A stretch of 64,000 nt of DNA. It comes from Rebecca billardiae RCC1528 (taxonomy: Eukaryota; Protista; Haptophyta). The translations under genes were made by a program, and so were the position numbers. The first letter of the stretch is position 1. Each line of letters opens with the position of its first letter. Below the pieces are notes generated by a model that had not been told where the DNA came from, searched no databases, and worked only from the letters and a program-made list of their open reading frames with translations. This document shows positions 12,608-23,721 of this stretch, piece by piece. Location: the NCBI GenBank assembly GCA_965240325.2, contig OZ251225.1, positions 868,001 to 932,000 of the forward strand, given 5' to 3'.

Positions 12608-12895
12608 TAATCTGCTATGTAATAAGTACGTACGTAAATTACATACAGTAATCCGGCGGCGAGCGCTGCTACTAGCAGTAGCAGGACTCACAGTGACAGT
12701 GTCACTGCCCCGAGTCATACAGACACAGCAGTGCCCGGCGCCGTGGCGCGCTGCTCACCTATATGTATATATAATATATCTGTGACTACTGATATGATGA
12801 CACGTGACGATATATATATCATCGATGACGCGCTAACTGACAATCATTGATGATACATCGTAGTCGAAGTCACTCGTCGTCAGCATGATCGCCGC

Positions 12896-14557
12896 TCACA
12901 GCAAAGGGGTCTGCACTCTGCCGCCCGCGCTGGCTGCATTGCCGAAGCACGCCTGCACGCCCTTCGTGATCAAGTTGAGGTGCTCGACATCAGCACCGTC
13001 ATTGACCTCGTCGTCGAGCAGGCAGCGCTGCTGCTCGCTCTCGATGTCTGCGAAGAACGAGTCCACCATGCGCTCATCAGCCTTCACCTCCTCTGCTGAC
13101 TGCCCTTCGCCATCAGCCTCGTCGACGTCTCCAAGCGCAATCGCCTTGGCAAGCGACTCACGATGCGTCAGCATCGCCTCGGGCGCCGGCACGCTGAGCT
13201 GGGCGCCGGGCGACTTCGCCGCGACCGTAGCGAGCTTGGTGCGCAGGTTGGCCCGCTGGCTCTCCACGGTGAGCGACGTGAACATGTGATCGAGAGCCGT
13301 GCGTGCAAAGTTCGGGCCGCGCACGCGCATGTACTTGTCCACGAGGAACTCGAAGAGGGCCAGCTGCTCCGCCTCGGCAGGCTTGGGGTCGGGCAGCGTG
13401 GCAGCGAAGAGCGCTGCGCACTCCGCACTAGCCAGGATGAGCTTGGACGCCTCGAGCATGATGTCGCCCCTGACGAGTGCGATGTGGTCCCGAGTGAGGA
13501 CGGCGACGACGTGCTCCTCCATCCTCCACACGAGCATGAATAGCTCCTTGCGTGGGAGGTAGAGGGCAGAGTCGTGCACGTTGCGCCTGAGCGTACGCAC
13601 CGACGGCAGATCCCAGAGGGACACGACATCGCTGCTCGCGAGCCCGTTCGCCTTGAGCCACGCGAGCCAAAAGGGCCCCGCTTCCAGGAGCGCCTTGGTA
13701 CCGTGGCAAGCGGCAGCCTGCACCTTGCGCATGAGCCAGCCGGTGAGGTAGTACAGGAGCTGGGCGCGGAGGTCCTTCACATCCGGCGAGCAGGTCGGTG
13801 GCACCTGGACGGGTGGGTGGGCGGCGAGCTTTTCGCACGTGGCCGCGAAGAGCGCCTCGTCCAGCTCGTCCAGGAGCGCGACGTGCAACATGGGCCGAGC
13901 GTTCACAGCTGACAAGCTCCGGATCGCCTCCTCTGCGCGCGCCGCGTGCTCCTGGATAAACGCCTGTCGTGTCTCACGCAGCTCCGAGTGGAAGGCCGAG
14001 CGCACGTTGCCGATCGCCGTGGTTGACTTCGCGCGGTGAGTCGCCATCACGTCGACCATGGCCCGCACGCGCTCCTCGAGCTCGTCCCCGAGCGCCGAGG
14101 CCAGCTTGTCGAAGCGGGCTGGCGTGGGATCACCCATCAACATCGCCGCATGAGAACTCGTCCGGCAGAACTCGACGGCGCGCTTGACGATGAGCGACCT
14201 GTCGCCTAGCTGCTTCAGCGTCGACTCGACGAAGCCGCTCACCGGCGCCAGCTTCACACGCTGGGGCGGATCGAGGTAGCGCTTGTACGCGAGGGCGATC
14301 TGCCGCTGGCTGAGCTTGTGCCGCACCTTGATGAGCTTCAGCTCCAGCACGCGGTCGATCTGCGGCAAGCCGTTGGCGTTCCCCTTCGTCTTCCTCTTCT
14401 CCCACTCGGCGCTCTTCGCCTGGAATACGGCGACGAGCTCCGCCCGTGCGGCATCGGTGAGCATGGCTGCGGGGATCAGGGGCGGACGACGCCAGTCTTT
14501 GCCAAGTGCGGCGGCGCGGAGCTGGGGCAAGCCGTCCGGACTCTGAAGCCCGGTCAT
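12896..14557 (-). CDS. Transposon-encoded 553-aa protein with P-transposase C-terminal-like domain
   Basis: LLYYLTGWLMRKV ... ALYLPRKELFMLVWRMEEHV ... LVDKYMRVRGPNF resembles the YiaGy..rk / L..Ps..lf..v...E / y.r.R pattern of P/THAP9 C-termini. No DDE core was recognised. Confidence 0.6.
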   Translation of the reverse strand: MTGLQSPDGLPQLRAAALGKDWRRPPLIPAAMLTDAARAELVAVFQAKSAEWEKRKTKGNANGLPQIDRVLELKLIKVRHKLSQRQIALAYKRYLDPPQRVKLAPVSGFVESTLKQLGDRSLIVKRAVEFCRTSSHAAMLMGDPTPARFDKLASALGDELEERVRAMVDVMATHRAKSTTAIGNVRSAFHSELRETRQAFIQEHAARAEEAIRSLSAVNARPMLHVALLDELDEALFAATCEKLAAHPPVQVPPTCSPDVKDLRAQLLYYLTGWLMRKVQAAACHGTKALLEAGPFWLAWLKANGLASSDVVSLWDLPSVRTLRRNVHDSALYLPRKELFMLVWRMEEHVVAVLTRDHIALVRGDIMLEASKLILASAECAALFAATLPDPKPAEAEQLALFEFLVDKYMRVRGPNFARTALDHMFTSLTVESQRANLRTKLATVAAKSPGAQLSVPAPEAMLTHRESLAKAIALGDVDEADGEGQSAEEVKADERMVDSFFADIESEQQRCLLDDEVNDGADVEHLNLITKGVQACFGNAASAGGRVQTPLL

Positions 14558-16645
14558 TTCAGTCCGGGAGGTGAGCTTTCGGTTCTACCCCCTCTATTTC
14601 TTTGTTCGGACGCTCAGAGCTCGGTTCCGCTCCAGCGCGAGCGGCCGGAGGCAGTGGACCGCCGCGCGCTCGCGACCTTTGAGACGCCGAGATGGTCTCG
14701 GGTGCGCGCGCGCGTGACGCTGGTGGGCGCTACTGACCCGTGCCTTTGCGCCACCAGCGGCTCACCACCCGCTTCTTGGCCATCTCGCGCCGTGCGCGGC
14801 GCGCGTCGGCCGGCTTGAATTGGCGCGCTGCGTGCGCCCGTCACGCTACCGCACGGTGTGGCTCATGATCAACTCGCACAGTTGAGATCGATGCTCGCAC
14901 CAAGTGCCCATGTATGTATGTGGATGCCCAGCTCGCCTAACCTGCCCTGCTGCGCCGGAATCGCCGTCAGCAGACCGGCGCGAGCTCGCGCGCAACACCT
15001 CCGCGGAGCTCGCAACTGTCATGTTCCGCTTGTAGGGCCCGTGTTTGCACCTGCCGTGGCACTTGCGATGGTCAGTACGTTGGGTATGGGTCACGTGTGC
15101 CCTCTGATGGCGTCTGGGCGCCTCCCATTCGCCTCTCAGGACGTCGCGGACGTGCTCGCAGGCAGTCAGAGGCAGCGGTTGGCTCATTCGACAGGTCCGA
15201 CGTGCACTCGACCGTGCCTGCAAGCGCGCCCCTGTGACGCTCATGCCTGCAGAAGCAGATGCAGATGGGCCCTCATGCACCCTGGTGCGCCCAAGACCGG
15301 CGGGAGCGTCAGAGACCGTCTCAATCTTGACACCTTGCACACGCCGGCGCTTGCCGTTGGGCTCCGCGCAGCCAGCCAGGAGCGCCGAACAGCGCCGGAT
15401 CAGCCTCTGTAGGCCGAATATCCGCCCCTAAGCCCAGAAATAGCGCGGAACAGGGTAGTGCGTACCTATATGGACCAATCCCATCCAGCCTGGTTTGGTG
15501 CAGACACGCCAGCCACCGCCTGGAGCAGACGTTTGCTGCCGAATCGCATGCTCGGCACTGTGCCGCACTGCGACGACGACAGATTTGACCTGCCTCGTAG
15601 GTCTCGGCCAGGGAGCGGTGACGGTTGGCTCGAGTCACTTTAAACCTTGACTATGACCGAGAGCACTCCCGGGCTAAGGACGTGGGGCCGGTGCTTTGGG
15701 TCTACTATGTCTGCAATACGCCGTACGCGTGGCCGTATACACAGTCTGAAAACGTATCTCGCAGCTCGAGATCAGACGAGGCTGTATTCATCAGCATGGC
15801 GCCTATATACACAGTGGGTATGTAACGATCGGTGGCTTCTAGGAAACTACATATTTGACAGCCTGCCAGTACACAGCCTATATCGCATGTTGGGACCTGC
15901 TGCTGCTGGGGACTCAGAACGATCTCGCTGAGATGCTCTATCAAAGTGAGGTCGACATGGTCTATATGTCACATATAGGACGATCGTTACATACCGTTTC
16001 CAATAAGTTCAGGCTCATTCTAATAAGTAAATATGCTAGCCGTTACGCCCTATATTCAGGGTATGTGCCACCTGATTTTTTTACATGGCCGGCCCAGACC
16101 CCTCCAGAGGGCAAATGATCCAGCCCGAAATCAGCTCTAAACACTCGCTAGGACCCGCGCTCGTGGCCGTCACTCGTCAGTAACGCTACAGTGCCACTTT
16201 GGCCCGGCCCCTACAGTTAGTCACTACCGTCGCGGTCGTCACGCAGCGGTTGCAATCTTCGGAGCGAGTCCGCGCTGGAAGTGAAACGGAAGTGACAGCG
16301 GGTCGAGTGAATATATGTGCGCATGCCCACAGGACAAACGCAGGGGCTCTGGAGTCAGGGCTGCTGCCTGTAGCTTAAGGCTGATGGCAAGCTGACGGCC
16401 TTCGTGAGCCCCTCGGCCTCGGCCTCGGCTCGTCGCACGCCCACCGGGCACCGGCCCAAACCCAGCACCATGCCAGAATGCACGATGCTGCCACCGTAGC
16501 CAGCAGGGCGAGGGCCCAGTGCACCATCTCAGTCCTGCAGGCTCTTGCGCCCATGTCGCCATGTCCTGTGCGCAGGTGGCATGCTCACGCCACGCCACAT
16601 GCTCGCGCTCGAGCGCGCAGCGAGCAGGCGGCGTGCGAGGTCCGC

Positions 16646-17137
16646 TTAATCCTCCCGCTCCGCGCCCGTGTTGATGGTGGTGCCCCTGCAGTTGTACGGC
16701 GTGGGGTTGAGCTTGCACTTGTTCATGTTCTCCGGGCACCAGTCGAGGTACGGGCAGAGCACCTTCGAGTAGACGTTGAGGCGCGCGGTGTAGGCAGCGC
16801 CGGTCACGGCCGCCTGCGCGCGCACACGAGGCGTGGTACCGCAGCAGCACGTTCAACGCAGGGGATGCGTGAGATGGCAGGCGCACGCGCGTGTCATGTG
16901 GCATGCCCCGACTGCCCACCCCGCGTACTCGGCGCAGGCCGTAGCGCACAGGACGCGTGCACGCACCCAGATGGTGCACTGAACCGGGTTGAAGCTGCTC
17001 GGGCAGTTGTGGGAAAGCTGCCGCTCGTTCGTGCGCTCAGCCGACGCCGCCTCCGCCTGCTCTGCCACCGGGAGAGCCTGGCTGAGCGCAAGCAGCAGCG
17101 CGGCCGCCGCGACGAAAAGCAACCGCTTGCTCACCAT
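16646..17137 (-). CDS. Small secreted cysteine-rich protein, 112 aa, 2 exons: 17137-16967 and 16813-16646
   Basis: Signal peptide MVSKRLLFVAAAALLLALSQA. The GTGCGT...CGCAG intron joins in frame to AAVTGAAYTARLNVYSKVLCPYLDWCPENMNKCKLNPTPYNCRGTTINTGAERED*. Strong C/G third-position bias; 6 Cys. Confidence 0.8.
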
Positions 17138-18071
17138 TGTGCTGCTTGGCAGGGAGCGCGCGCAAACGCGAGGGCAGGCGGGGGGCAGCGGGCACGCGCG
17201 CCGGGCGCAGCTCGTGAGCGACGGTGTGCAGGCGACACGCTGGGTGCCGCGTCCATCTGCACTTCCCCACAGTGCTCGCTGGGGCCCGGAGACATCGCTC
17301 CGCCTCCGCTTACAGCGGCCGAGTCCGCGCGCCTCTGGGCCCGCCCGAGCACCCACCTTGCTGCTCCTCGCCTATGCCGAGCCCCTGTGGCGAGCGGCGC
17401 CGGAACCTGGGACGCCCACAACCGGCGCGGTCCGCGCGCCTGCCCAGCGCGTGCCTCCTACCTATCTCATGACCAAGTTTCGCCAGCATAGTTCAGACTG
17501 CTTTCATCTCGACTCTCGAGGCAGCACTTATTTGGTAGCAACCGATTGCTACCCACATGGAGGTGGTGATCCTCGTCGCCAACATTGGTCGGCATGCGGT
17601 TTGCGATCGTGGGGGATACGCTAAAATCGAACTACCATCTTCCTATTGAAACGGGCTCCCTTCTATTCAAAGCGGGTACATTAGTCCGGAGGGGTTTTGT
17701 CGGCCGTGCAGGCACCGCCTGCCCGGGAGCAGCCCGCCGAGGCCGACCTTGCCGTTGGGCAGCAGCCATACATGCAGGCCAGCACAAGCGGTGGGGTGGC
17801 ACCAGTGCCGGCCCCAGCCCGCAAGCGCAAACAGCCGGACGCCCCGGCCCCCGCAGCTGGACTGCTGGTGAGCCAGCGAGCCCTCCGCCGGGCAACAGCC
17901 CCTGCACTGGCTGCAGTGCGCCGGCTTTGAGGCCGACACGCCACACTGGGGCACACATCACCTGAGGGCCAGGCCTTCTGTGTGATAAGCTACCCCACTC
18001 ACCCCAGTCATGTCGCTTGATACACGCCTTCCCCAACCGACAGTGGGGCTCCACATTCCATACTACTACAT

Positions 18072-18352
18072 CCTGTCGGCGCGCCGTCGCATCGGCGCCC
18101 AGTCGGTGAGTTCCGGACGACGACGTTTTGTGGACGACGGTGGGGCGAGGACGACGGGCGCTGGCGCGCCGCGAGGCGGCCGCAGCCCTCATCCAGGCCT
18201 CGCAGGCGGACGGCTGAACGAACCCATTCCGACGGCGCTACGATCGGCGACGGCTTCATGGGCGGTGACAGTTGGCCGGGGCCGCGTTACAATTTCTCGC
18301 CTGCCTAGTGCCTGAGAGCTCTGTGTGCGTCTCTTATTCTTAGTAAACTGTA
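18072..18352 (-). mobile_element. MITE family A (Tc1/mariner-like terminus TA|CAGTTTACT)
   Basis: Core GCCTGGATGAGGGCTGCGGCCGCCTCGCGGCGCGCC is shared with 12455, 26720, 28195-28430 and 59862-60091. The terminal TACAGTTTACTAAGAATAAGAGACGCACACAG also occurs at 23459 and partly at 33695. Confidence 0.75.
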
Positions 18353-18437
18353 CGGGTACGCGTAAGGTACGGCTGTCATATCAGCGTATGACAGCCGTAC
18401 TGCGTGACTAGCTTACAACGGTATACGGGCAACTCAC

Positions 18438-21400
18438 TCAGAGTGTCACGCCTGCGCCCGGCAGAACGCTCGCCGCGACGTGATCAGCCTCCGCCCACGG
18501 GCGGCGCGGGTCGAAGCCGGGGACGGTGTGCACCGCCACCTCGCTCGCCGCGCCAGCGCTGCCGCCATCGTCGGCGGGCGGCGGCGACCGGGCGAGAGCG
18601 ACGAGCCTTTCGAAGACGCCGAGGTCGCGGTACGAGCGCAGCGAGAGCTGCAGCCGCATGAGCCGCTCCGCGTGCGTGACGACCGACTCGAAGAGGTCGT
18701 CGTCGATGATCAGGTCGACCACGGCCTCGGCGAAGGCCTGCGCGTCGGCGCGCGGCACGAGCTTGACCGCGGAGCACGCGTCGGGCATGCAGCGCAGCCC
18801 CGCCACCGTCGTCGTCACCACGGGCACGCGCGCCTCCATCCCGGCCACCACCTTGGTCGAGATGCCCGAGCCAACAAACTGGACCGGGTTGATGAGCACG
18901 CGCGAGCGCTCGAGGAGCTTCGCCAGCGCGTCCGGCTCGACCTGGCCGAAGCACTCGACGGCCTTGAGCGCCTGCGCGTCCGCGCGCGACTGCGCCTCGC
19001 TGAGCAGCTCGTGCACCTCCGACGTCCAGTTGCGCGTGACCAGCTTGCCGCCGCCGCCCGCCGCCATGTTGAGGAACTTGTACCCGCCGACGAGCGCGAC
19101 GTTGGCGCGCATCGGCCGCGGGAGCGCGCCCAGCCGCTGCGCGATCACGGGCAGCACCTTGGTGAGGAACCAGCGCACGTCCTTCTGGTTGGAGCGGTGC
19201 GGCGTGCCCACGAACGTGATCAGCTCGCGCTTCGCCAGCGCGTGCTTCCGCTTCACCGGGTCGAGCCGCGCGGGCGCGGGCGGCGCGTACGACGCGTACG
19301 GCACCGTCTCGACCGTGGGCATGGTCGCGTCGTCAGCATGGCCGCCGCGCAGCTGCATGTACTGGAACTCGTCCTGCTCGGAGACGGTGTACAGGTTGTC
19401 GATGTGCGGGTGCGAGGCGAGCCACGCCTCGAACGCGCGCACGCGCGCCACGCGCTCCGCCGTGTCGCCCACCGACTGGCGGCGCAGCCAGTGGACGTCA
19501 TCGGTCAGGATTGAGAGCGGCAGCCGGCGACCGCCGAGCGCGCGCGCGCCGACCACCGCGTCGATGGCGAGCAGCGGCAGCGGCGTGAGGCCGACGCGGT
19601 AGAACCAGAGCGAGGCGAACACGGCCTCGATGCCGTGCGCCACGATCCAGCTCGCGTTCAGCCCGGACAGCGCGTCGTCCATCGGGTGCCACGTCACGCG
19701 GTGCGCGTGACGCCGCAGCACGTCGCCGCCCGCCGCGTGCAGCTGCTTGATCGACGTCGAGCGGTACACAAAGTGCACCGAGGCGCGCAGCTGGTCGAGC
19801 AGGTAGTGCATGATGGAGAGCAGGCGCACATCGGAGCCCTCCGTCCCCGAGGGCAGCCGCTCGTACACCACGAGGAACGACGGCGCAGCCGCCGCGGCCG
19901 CCGCCTCCTCCGCGCGGCCGGCCGCTGCGCCGGCGCCGCCGTCCCGGCGCGGCCGGCTCGCGCATGAGTCGCGGAGGGCGTCGGCCTCGTCGCTCACCAT
20001 CATGGACGAGGCGAAGAGGCCCTCGGCGGCCGGGCCAAGGCAGCACTCGGGCGTCGCCGCGTCCACCGCCGACGAGCCCATCGCCGCCTCCACCTCGAGC
20101 ATGCCGCCATCCTCGCCGAAGCCCGAGAGGCGCGTGTCCTCCCTCGCGCGCGCGACCGCCGCGCAGCACTGGCCGTGCGCGAGCCCAAACTGCTCGAGCC
20201 AGCCGAGCGCGTGGCGCCAGTTGCGCGCCTCGTACGCTGTGCGCACGAGCGCACCCTGCTCGAAGGACGGGCGCTCGTCGTACCGCAGCGCCCAGTGCGT
20301 GTCGCGCACGATCTCCACCGGGCCGAGCGCGCGCAGTGCCGACAGGACCGCGCAGCCGTGCGGCGCGAGCGCCGCGGCCATGGAGCCCGACCCGGCGGCG
20401 GCCGAGGCGGCGCCCGCGTCCGCGAGGCGGCGCATGTACTCGGCGGGCATGACGAAGAGGTCGTGCTCGTCCACGGGGCCCTTCAGCGTGTGCCGCAGCA
20501 CGTACGTGTCCGCGCGGCCGCGCCCGAGCGCCAGGTCGGGCGTGGCGAGCGTGCGCGTGATCGAGAGGCCGAGCCGGTCGTGTGGCAGCGTGCGGTGCTG
20601 CACGTACGCAAACGCCGCGCGGTAAAACTCGGCGGAGAGCACGCAGTCCGCGGTGGAGAGCACCGCCCAGTTGCCCGAGACGTGCGGCGCCGCGGCGCGC
20701 CACACCGCGCGCGCGTCGGGCAGCAGGCCCTCGCCGAGGAACGAGTCCGGGACCGTGAGCAGGACATCGCCCTCCCCCAGCAGGCGGTGCGAGACGGGCG
20801 GCTGGCCGCCGGCCGCGCCGCCGCCGCCTCGGCCGCCGCCGTGGGCGGCGGTGGTGACGAGGACGAGCTTGACGATGATGCGCTCGTTGAGCGCGTGCGC
20901 CGCGGCACGGCGCCACGAGAGCAGCGCCGACGTCAGCGCCACCCGCGACGTGCCCAGCCCGTACGCCCGCGCCACCTCCTCTGCGTCCCAGAGCGTGACC
21001 ACGTGCGTCAGGTGCGCGTGCGCGGACGTGTCGTACCCCTGCGCGCGCAGCCAGCCGCCGTGGCGCGCGTCGACGCGGGCGAGGTCGGCCTCGAAGTCGC
21101 AGATGGGCAGCCTCCGCGGCGGCGCCACGCCGCTCACGCACGGCCGCTGCGAGCGGAACCACTTGCCCATCCCGTCCCGCTTGAAGACGCAGACCGCCTG
21201 GCCGGGCGCACACGTGCAGTTCACGCGCAGCCGGCCGTTGCCCGACTTGAGGTACGCGAGCACGCCCGCGCGGCGGAAGGCGCCGGGCGCGCGGGTGAAG
21301 GGGTGCGTGTGCGACTCGGAGAGCGCCGTCTTCGAGTCCCAGCGCAGCGCGGCGATCCCCTTCGTCGCGCTCGCGTTCCCACCCGCCGCTTCGACCCTCC

Positions 21401-22109
21401 GCTGCGCATCCGCCACCGCCTCCCTCACACGGCGCGTGGACGAGGCGAGCTCGTCGTCGAGCCGGCGGCGCACGGCGACGACGTCGACGTCCGCGCGGAG
21501 CGCACGCGCCAGCCTGCGCAGCTCGGCCAGCGGGTCCGCCGCCAGGTTGGCGTACGCCATCGAGTAGGCCGCGTGCGCCGCCCACTGCTCAAAGTGGCCA
21601 AACATCGACACGAGCGTGTGGTTGTTCACGTGGTTCATGGCGAAGGGCTGCGCGTCGTAGCACGCGCCAAACATGAGCGCAGTCGAGAGAAGGCAGTCGC
21701 GAAGGTCGCGGTGGCTCACCAGCACCATGTCCGCGCGCTCGAGCACAGCGCGGTCGAACTCGTGCAGCTTGACCACGCAGTGCTCCGCACCCTCGCACGA
21801 CTTGAGCAGTGCAGCGCCGTCGTGGCCGTGGGCCGTGGTGACGGGCTTGCCCGTCGCGGTCTCAAGAATGACGCGCACCGCGTTGAATTGCCAGGTCGAG
21901 CCCGAACGGATGAGGCCGGCACACACCACCAGCCGCGGTGGCGGGGCGGTTGCCACAGCCTGCCAGGCCCGCGCGGCCGCGCGACCGTCCGCGTTGGGGG
22001 CGCCCCCGTCGACGTCTGCTGGCCTGTAACGAGTCGCAATGAGCGCGAGCGCGCACACGACGATGAGCGCGCGGCTGTAACGGCCCGCAGCCTGGCTCCC
22101 GGCGCCCAT
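18438..22109 (-). CDS. Type II membrane sulfotransferase-glycosyltransferase fusion protein (1223 aa)
   Basis: N-terminal TM helix; PAPS-binding-like CAGLIRSGSTW and SHRDLRD; C-terminal GT-B/GT4-like FVGTPHRSNQKDVRWFL...GSGISTKVVAGMEARVPVVTT. Confidence 0.8.
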   Translation of the reverse strand: MGAGSQAAGRYSRALIVVCALALIATRYRPADVDGGAPNADGRAAARAWQAVATAPPPRLVVCAGLIRSGSTWQFNAVRVILETATGKPVTTAHGHDGAALLKSCEGAEHCVVKLHEFDRAVLERADMVLVSHRDLRDCLLSTALMFGACYDAQPFAMNHVNNHTLVSMFGHFEQWAAHAAYSMAYANLAADPLAELRRLARALRADVDVVAVRRRLDDELASSTRRVREAVADAQRRVEAAGGNASATKGIAALRWDSKTALSESHTHPFTRAPGAFRRAGVLAYLKSGNGRLRVNCTCAPGQAVCVFKRDGMGKWFRSQRPCVSGVAPPRRLPICDFEADLARVDARHGGWLRAQGYDTSAHAHLTHVVTLWDAEEVARAYGLGTSRVALTSALLSWRRAAAHALNERIIVKLVLVTTAAHGGGRGGGGAAGGQPPVSHRLLGEGDVLLTVPDSFLGEGLLPDARAVWRAAAPHVSGNWAVLSTADCVLSAEFYRAAFAYVQHRTLPHDRLGLSITRTLATPDLALGRGRADTYVLRHTLKGPVDEHDLFVMPAEYMRRLADAGAASAAAGSGSMAAALAPHGCAVLSALRALGPVEIVRDTHWALRYDERPSFEQGALVRTAYEARNWRHALGWLEQFGLAHGQCCAAVARAREDTRLSGFGEDGGMLEVEAAMGSSAVDAATPECCLGPAAEGLFASSMMVSDEADALRDSCASRPRRDGGAGAAAGRAEEAAAAAAAPSFLVVYERLPSGTEGSDVRLLSIMHYLLDQLRASVHFVYRSTSIKQLHAAGGDVLRRHAHRVTWHPMDDALSGLNASWIVAHGIEAVFASLWFYRVGLTPLPLLAIDAVVGARALGGRRLPLSILTDDVHWLRRQSVGDTAERVARVRAFEAWLASHPHIDNLYTVSEQDEFQYMQLRGGHADDATMPTVETVPYASYAPPAPARLDPVKRKHALAKRELITFVGTPHRSNQKDVRWFLTKVLPVIAQRLGALPRPMRANVALVGGYKFLNMAAGGGGKLVTRNWTSEVHELLSEAQSRADAQALKAVECFGQVEPDALAKLLERSRVLINPVQFVGSGISTKVVAGMEARVPVVTTTVAGLRCMPDACSAVKLVPRADAQAFAEAVVDLIIDDDLFESVVTHAERLMRLQLSLRSYRDLGVFERLVALARSPPPADDGGSAGAASEVAVHTVPGFDPRRPWAEADHVAASVLPGAGVTL

Positions 22110-22319
22110 GGCGCGACGGCGTCACGTTGGAACGCTCGGCGGTTCGACGATGGCGGATCGGCCGCACGGCAGTCGGCACGCTGCTCCTGCTCCCGCCGCC
22201 GTCACTGCGGTGCGCGATCTGAGATCGAGCACCAACCGCAGCGGGGGTGCCCTGCGCCGCGCCTACCAGCCCGGGGCGCCGCGCACCCCACTGTCGTCGC
22301 GATTCCGCCGCCACGGGAG

Positions 22320-23101
22320 ATGCCGATCATCTACGCCGTGGTGGCCCGGGGCCCGCGTGTGCTCTGCGAGTACGCGCTCTCGTCGGGCAACTTTGCCACG
22401 ATCGCGCGCAAGATCTTGGAGAAGCTGCCCGAGCAGCGCGAGGACAGGCACTCGTACGAGTACGACGAGCACGTGTTCCACGTGCTCGTGGATGGTGACC
22501 TTGTCTTCATGTGCATGTGCGATCACGACTTCGGCCGAGTACTCCCGTTCCACTTCCTGAACGAAGTGAGGAAGCGCTGGCTCAACCACGGCTCGGAGCA
22601 GCTTACAGTCTCATTCGGCTCACCCGGCGGCAACGTGCGCGCGCGTGCGACCACTCACTGCGCGCACGGCACACGGCGGCGTCGGACGCGCGCTCGAATG
22701 ACGCGTGCGCCTTCTCCACGCGCGCGTGCGCATCGCAGGGCTTCGAGAACGTGCTGCGAGATCAGATGAACAAGTTCTCGGGCCGCGAGGGCGACGCGGA
22801 CGTCGAGCAGATGCAGAACCAGCTGGGGCAGATCAAGTCGGTGATGGTGGACAACATCGAGAAAGTCCTCGACCGCGGCGAGAAGATCAACCTGCTCGTC
22901 GATAAGACGGACAACCTCCACCAGCAGGCATTCAAATTCTCAAAGGCCAGCACGCACTTCAAGCGTCAGATGTGGTGGCGGAATGTGAAGATGATGCTGA
23001 TGCTTGGAGGTGCCGCGGTGCTGCTGCTCTACCTGATCGGCAGCACGTTCTGCGGCGGGCTCACGCTGCCGACGTGCCGTGCGAAGGCGAGCACGGATTG
23101 A
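22320..23101 (+). CDS. VAMP7: Longin R-SNARE VAMP7/VAMP71, 2 exons: 22320-22634 and 22739-23101
   Basis: Longin start MPIIYAVVARG; SNARE motif VMVDNIEKVLDRGEKINLLVDKT; MWWRNVK followed by a TM helix; GT..AG intron 22635-22738 restores the frame. Confidence 0.93.
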
Positions 23102-23721
23102 ACGGCCACGCATTCGCGGCGCCGGCGTGGTCTTCACGCCAGCGACCGGTCACTGGGTTGCACCGCGCGGCCACTCCCCGCACCCGCCCACCGGGCCCGG
23201 GGCGCCGGGCTGGCCCGGGGCCGGGGGCCTGACTCGGTGACTCCTGAGTCACGGCTAAGTCAGCCTGGCATCAGGTGCCATGGATCGTCATAGCTGATCT
23301 TGCTCACTGCTGGTTGTCTGTGCTGACGACGAGATCTCATCCGGCGGCCGCAGTCGTCCGAGACCGATATACTATATAGGACCGATAGTCCGGATCAGTT
23401 ACTAGACGTTAGTAGTTACGCCTTGACGGCCCGGACAGGTTAATAGTAGCTTAGTACGGTACAGTTTACTAAGAATAAGAGACGCACACAGCTCAGGCAG
23501 ACAGTAATAATTGAAGCAGCGGCAGTTCCGAGTTCGGTAGCATCGAACTCAGGCACTGTCTGCCGCGTCGTCCGACTGGCACCGAGCCAGTCGTCCGACG
23601 CCTCCGACGGCGGCGCACGCGGCCCGTAGTCGTGGCCGTACTCACTCACTCTACAGTCTACGAGTCCGATATATCGTCACTAATCCCGACGAATCCTGAA
23701 ATCCTGAGGCTGCCGCATATG

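Larger units (their letters stand above)
11435..14604. mobile_element. P-element-like DNA transposon (3170 bp), probably defective
   Basis: Perfect 32-bp TIRs CAAAGAAATAGAGGGGGTAGAACCGAAAGCTC (11435-11466 / 14573-14604), CA...TG termini, and 7-bp TSD TTCGGAC (11428-11434 and 14605-14611). Confidence 0.9.
11300..16213 (+). mobile_element. Non-autonomous TIR DNA transposon, copy 1 (1.7-kb family), interrupted by a nested P-like element
   Basis: Starts TAGGGGGGCCAAA and ends TTTGGCCC[GG]CCCCTA. Flanks CTTAGTC / C[AG]TTAGTC form a degenerate 7-bp TSD. Segments 11300-11434 plus 14612-16213 closely match the reverse complement of 23722-25439. Confidence 0.88.

Noticed and set aside
14846-16118. 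ORFs inside the 1.7-kb element as transposase remnants
   Set aside because: Short, frame-disrupted between the two copies, and lacking hAT or DDE motifs.
20175-22769. 864-aa ORF ending in a longin domain
   Set aside because: Antisense shadow of the ST-GT gene running into VAMP7 exon 1. The real start is ATG 22320.
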